DNA from: Candidatus Woesearchaeota archaeon
Lineage (GTDB): Archaea > Nanobdellota > Nanobdellia > Woesearchaeales > JACPBO01
NCBI GenBank assembly: GCA_030651135.1
Contig: JAUSCS010000006.1
Location: forward strand, 68,851-132,850
Reading direction: 5' to 3'
DNA length: 64,000 nucleotides
In this document: piece by piece, positions 61,751-64,000 of the stretch
How positions within the stretch are numbered: the stretch's first letter is position 1
Layout of the letters: every line of letters begins with the position of its first letter
Translations under genes and position numbers: made by a program
Notes under the pieces: generated by a model
Seen by the model: only the letters and a program-made list of their open reading frames with translations
What the model was told of the DNA's origin: nothing
The model's database searches: none

Positions 61751-62764
61751 TTAAATCCAAGAAAACAGCTTTGCAAGCCACTTAAGGAATGCTCTTTTCC
61801 TTGCTGCCCAAAGCAGCATATTTATTTCCAGATCAAAGATGCCGGGTATTCTTTTGCCGGTTTCCAAAAGTTCCATCAGGGTTTCCTGCCTTTTCTTCAT
61901 TTTTAAGATTTCTTCAATCCCCTTTGGCCCATAGTTTTTATCTAAAATAAGCTTTGCAGCATCTTCTGCGCTTTTCAATGCAAAATAAATCCCCTGCCCT
62001 GTAAAGCCAGAGGCAAAGCCGGCAGCATCTCCTACCAGGAATTTGTTCCCAAACCTGTATCCTTGGTAGTCGAAGTTTATAATAGCTCCTTTCAGCTTTG
62101 AGTTGTCTGCTTTAACATTGATTTTTCTGCAGAAATCATAAAAATGCTCCTTTAGGTTTTTTGGGCTGGTTGAGCCGGATCCTATTGATGTATAGCCTTT
62201 GTGTGGGAATATCCAATGGTAGCCAAGCCCATTTTCAAAATTTGTATACGCCACTAGCTCATTAAATTTCTTTTTTGTTGAATATTCTAATGTAAAATGA
62301 AGCCTTTTTGTTTTTAGGCCAAGATGTCTTCTGACAATTGAATTAGAGCCGTCTGCGCCAATAAGATATCTGTAAAAATATTTTTTATTGCCAGCTGTCA
62401 CGAAATTATCAGCCACTTTGGAAACTTGTGAATTTTTCAATATCTTTGCGCCATTTTTTAAGGCGCTTTCCGCAATAATCCTGCATAATTTCTTTTTGTC
62501 TACTGTTATGATGAGTGGTTTTTTTGTTCCTTTGAACTCATATTTTTTATTTTTATGATTCAAGTATATTTTCCTGAAGTTTCTCTCAATTATGCGTTCT
62601 GGGATCAGCCTTAAATCATATCTTAAAACTCCTGCTGCGCATGGCTTAAGGCAGAAATCGCTGTCTTTTTCCAGAACAATGACTTTCTTTTTTCCTTTTG
62701 CAAGAACTTCCGCAGCTTTCAGGCCAGCCAAGCCAGCTCCAACAATGACAGCATCGTATTTCAT
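61751..62764 (-). CDS. FAD-dependent oxidoreductase, geranylgeranyl reductase family
   Basis: IVGAGLAG, KPCAAG, GADG, YHWIFP, LVGDAAG. Confidence 0.88.
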   Translation of the reverse strand: MKYDAVIVGAGLAGLKAAEVLAKGKKKVIVLEKDSDFCLKPCAAGVLRYDLRLIPERIIERNFRKIYLNHKNKKYEFKGTKKPLIITVDKKKLCRIIAESALKNGAKILKNSQVSKVADNFVTAGNKKYFYRYLIGADGSNSIVRRHLGLKTKRLHFTLEYSTKKKFNELVAYTNFENGLGYHWIFPHKGYTSIGSGSTSPKNLKEHFYDFCRKINVKADNSKLKGAIINFDYQGYRFGNKFLVGDAAGFASGFTGQGIYFALKSAEDAAKLILDKNYGPKGIEEILKMKKRQETLMELLETGKRIPGIFDLEINMLLWAARKRAFLKWLAKLFSWI

Positions 62765-63993
62765 CTTATCTTCTTAACAATTCCCTTTTCCATATCAATC
62801 TCAACAATATCCCCGCTCTTCAGGATATCTGTTGCAATTTTTGTCCCGATTATGCAGGGAATTTTTAATTCTCTGCTTATAATTGCAGCATGTGTTGTTA
62901 TGCCGCCTTCATTTGTTATGATTGCCTTTGCCTTTTTCATCAAAGGAACAAATTCAGGCCTTGTCATCCCTGTTACAAGAATCTCCCCGTTGTTGAATGT
63001 GTCTTTGACAGGGTCAAAAACAACCCTTGCCTTGCCTTCTATAAGCTTTTCCCCATTGCCTATTGAAGCAATAAAGCCCTTTATAATGCCTTTTTTTGCT
63101 ATTTCCTCTCTTTGTTTCTTGAAGAAATCCCGAACATCTAAAGCATCCTTGCCGTATAGCATGATAGTTTTTATTTCTTCCCCTTCCAGATATGAAAAGC
63201 AAGCAATATGCTCCCGCTTGCTAATCTCGTCCTTGCTGACTAATCTGCCGCTTTCCAATATTGCCATTACTTCATCAAATAAGTAATTATATGATTCAGA
63301 TTTTTCAACATTAAACCTCTTTTCAATTTCATCAAATATCTTGTCAACTGAGAACACCAATCTTTGTATACTTTCTTTTCTGTCATCTTGGAATGTTGAA
63401 AAAAACCTGACCAAGTCAAAAAATAGCTTGGCATCCGGGTCTGGTCGGTAATTTTTATACACTGCATTTATTTCTTTTTTGGCAGTCTTGTGCTTATTCT
63501 CAAATTTGTTTATCTCATTTTTAATTGTTTCAAGGTTTTTTGCTTTAATCAGATCCGATATTAAATTTAAAAAATAACTTTCACTCAAATAAAATGCCTT
63601 AAGAAAGCTATTCTGAATCCAAAAATAATTTTTTGCATGCTCCTGGAGTTTTTTAAAGAAATGGGGAAATTTTTTAATTTCTTCAATGGAATTGCTTATA
63701 ACTGCTTTCTTTAAATTTTCATTTATGAAAACAGCCTTGGCAAACTCCAAAAGAGCTATTTTTTCCTTTTCCAGAAAGCTTAATTTTTCAGGAGTGCTTA
63801 ATATTCTGATCACTTCAGGCGCATCCTCTTTTTTTACTGCAGGCAATAGCTTTAAATAATCCTGCTCTTCCAGCAGGTCCATTCCTTCCATAATCAAGGA
63901 ATAGCCGTATTGCCTTTTCATCAAAGAAAAAATCCTGGAAAACAGGTTTTTTAGCTGTGTATTTGTAAAATTTTGTATGCTCTTGTCTCTCAT
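62761..63993 (-). CDS. Phospho-His swivel domain protein, paralogue 3 (5' end may lie beyond the window)
   Basis: C-terminal TGMTRPEFVPLMKKAKAIITNEGGITTHAAIISRELKIPCIIG; reading frame is open to the window edge. Confidence 0.85.
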   Translation of the reverse strand: MRDKSIQNFTNTQLKNLFSRIFSLMKRQYGYSLIMEGMDLLEEQDYLKLLPAVKKEDAPEVIRILSTPEKLSFLEKEKIALLEFAKAVFINENLKKAVISNSIEEIKKFPHFFKKLQEHAKNYFWIQNSFLKAFYLSESYFLNLISDLIKAKNLETIKNEINKFENKHKTAKKEINAVYKNYRPDPDAKLFFDLVRFFSTFQDDRKESIQRLVFSVDKIFDEIEKRFNVEKSESYNYLFDEVMAILESGRLVSKDEISKREHIACFSYLEGEEIKTIMLYGKDALDVRDFFKKQREEIAKKGIIKGFIASIGNGEKLIEGKARVVFDPVKDTFNNGEILVTGMTRPEFVPLMKKAKAIITNEGGITTHAAIISRELKIPCIIGTKIATDILKSGDIVEIDMEKGIVKKIR

Positions 63994-64000
63994 TATTTTA

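Noticed and set aside
1-64000. CRISPR array, rRNA, transposase or integrase
   Set aside because: No regularly spaced repeats, rRNA signature sequences or DDE/tyrosine/serine recombinase motifs were seen.

Overview
This is an archaeal chromosome segment. Nop5 plus fibrillarin, L37e plus Sm, TFE, RFC-L, PINA, NreA and a Methanococcus-type S-layer gene support that directly. The gene content and the many small orphan genes suggest DPANN, most likely Woesearchaeota (inference). Housekeeping genes (pyrH, cysS, valS, glyS, tgt, rnhB, smc, tfe, ssb, a type IV pilus-like ATPase/platform pair) are interleaved with small accessory cassettes. Main observations: (1) A split PEP-synthase/rifampin-phosphotransferase-like system, made of one stand-alone ATP-grasp gene plus three paralogues that each fuse a divergent helical N-terminus to a phospho-His swivel domain; none has the pyruvate-binding barrel. 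(2) All five tRNA genes found carry introns, 10 in total. Most are at non-canonical positions, and tRNA-Leu(UAG) has three. (3) A divergent two-gene winged-helix module is present twice with a shared 16-bp promoter motif, plus a pseudogenised third regulator copy. (4) Integrase-less mini-cassettes are bounded by duplicated 3' ends of the S-layer gene and of tRNA-Ser. (5) A bacterial-type TGT has an atypical base pocket and sits next to a THUMP methyltransferase with degenerate SAM motifs. (6) There are multi-hairpin intergenic elements. No CRISPR array, rRNA, transposase, integrase or reverse transcriptase was seen. Family names come from motif recognition only; no database searches were run.
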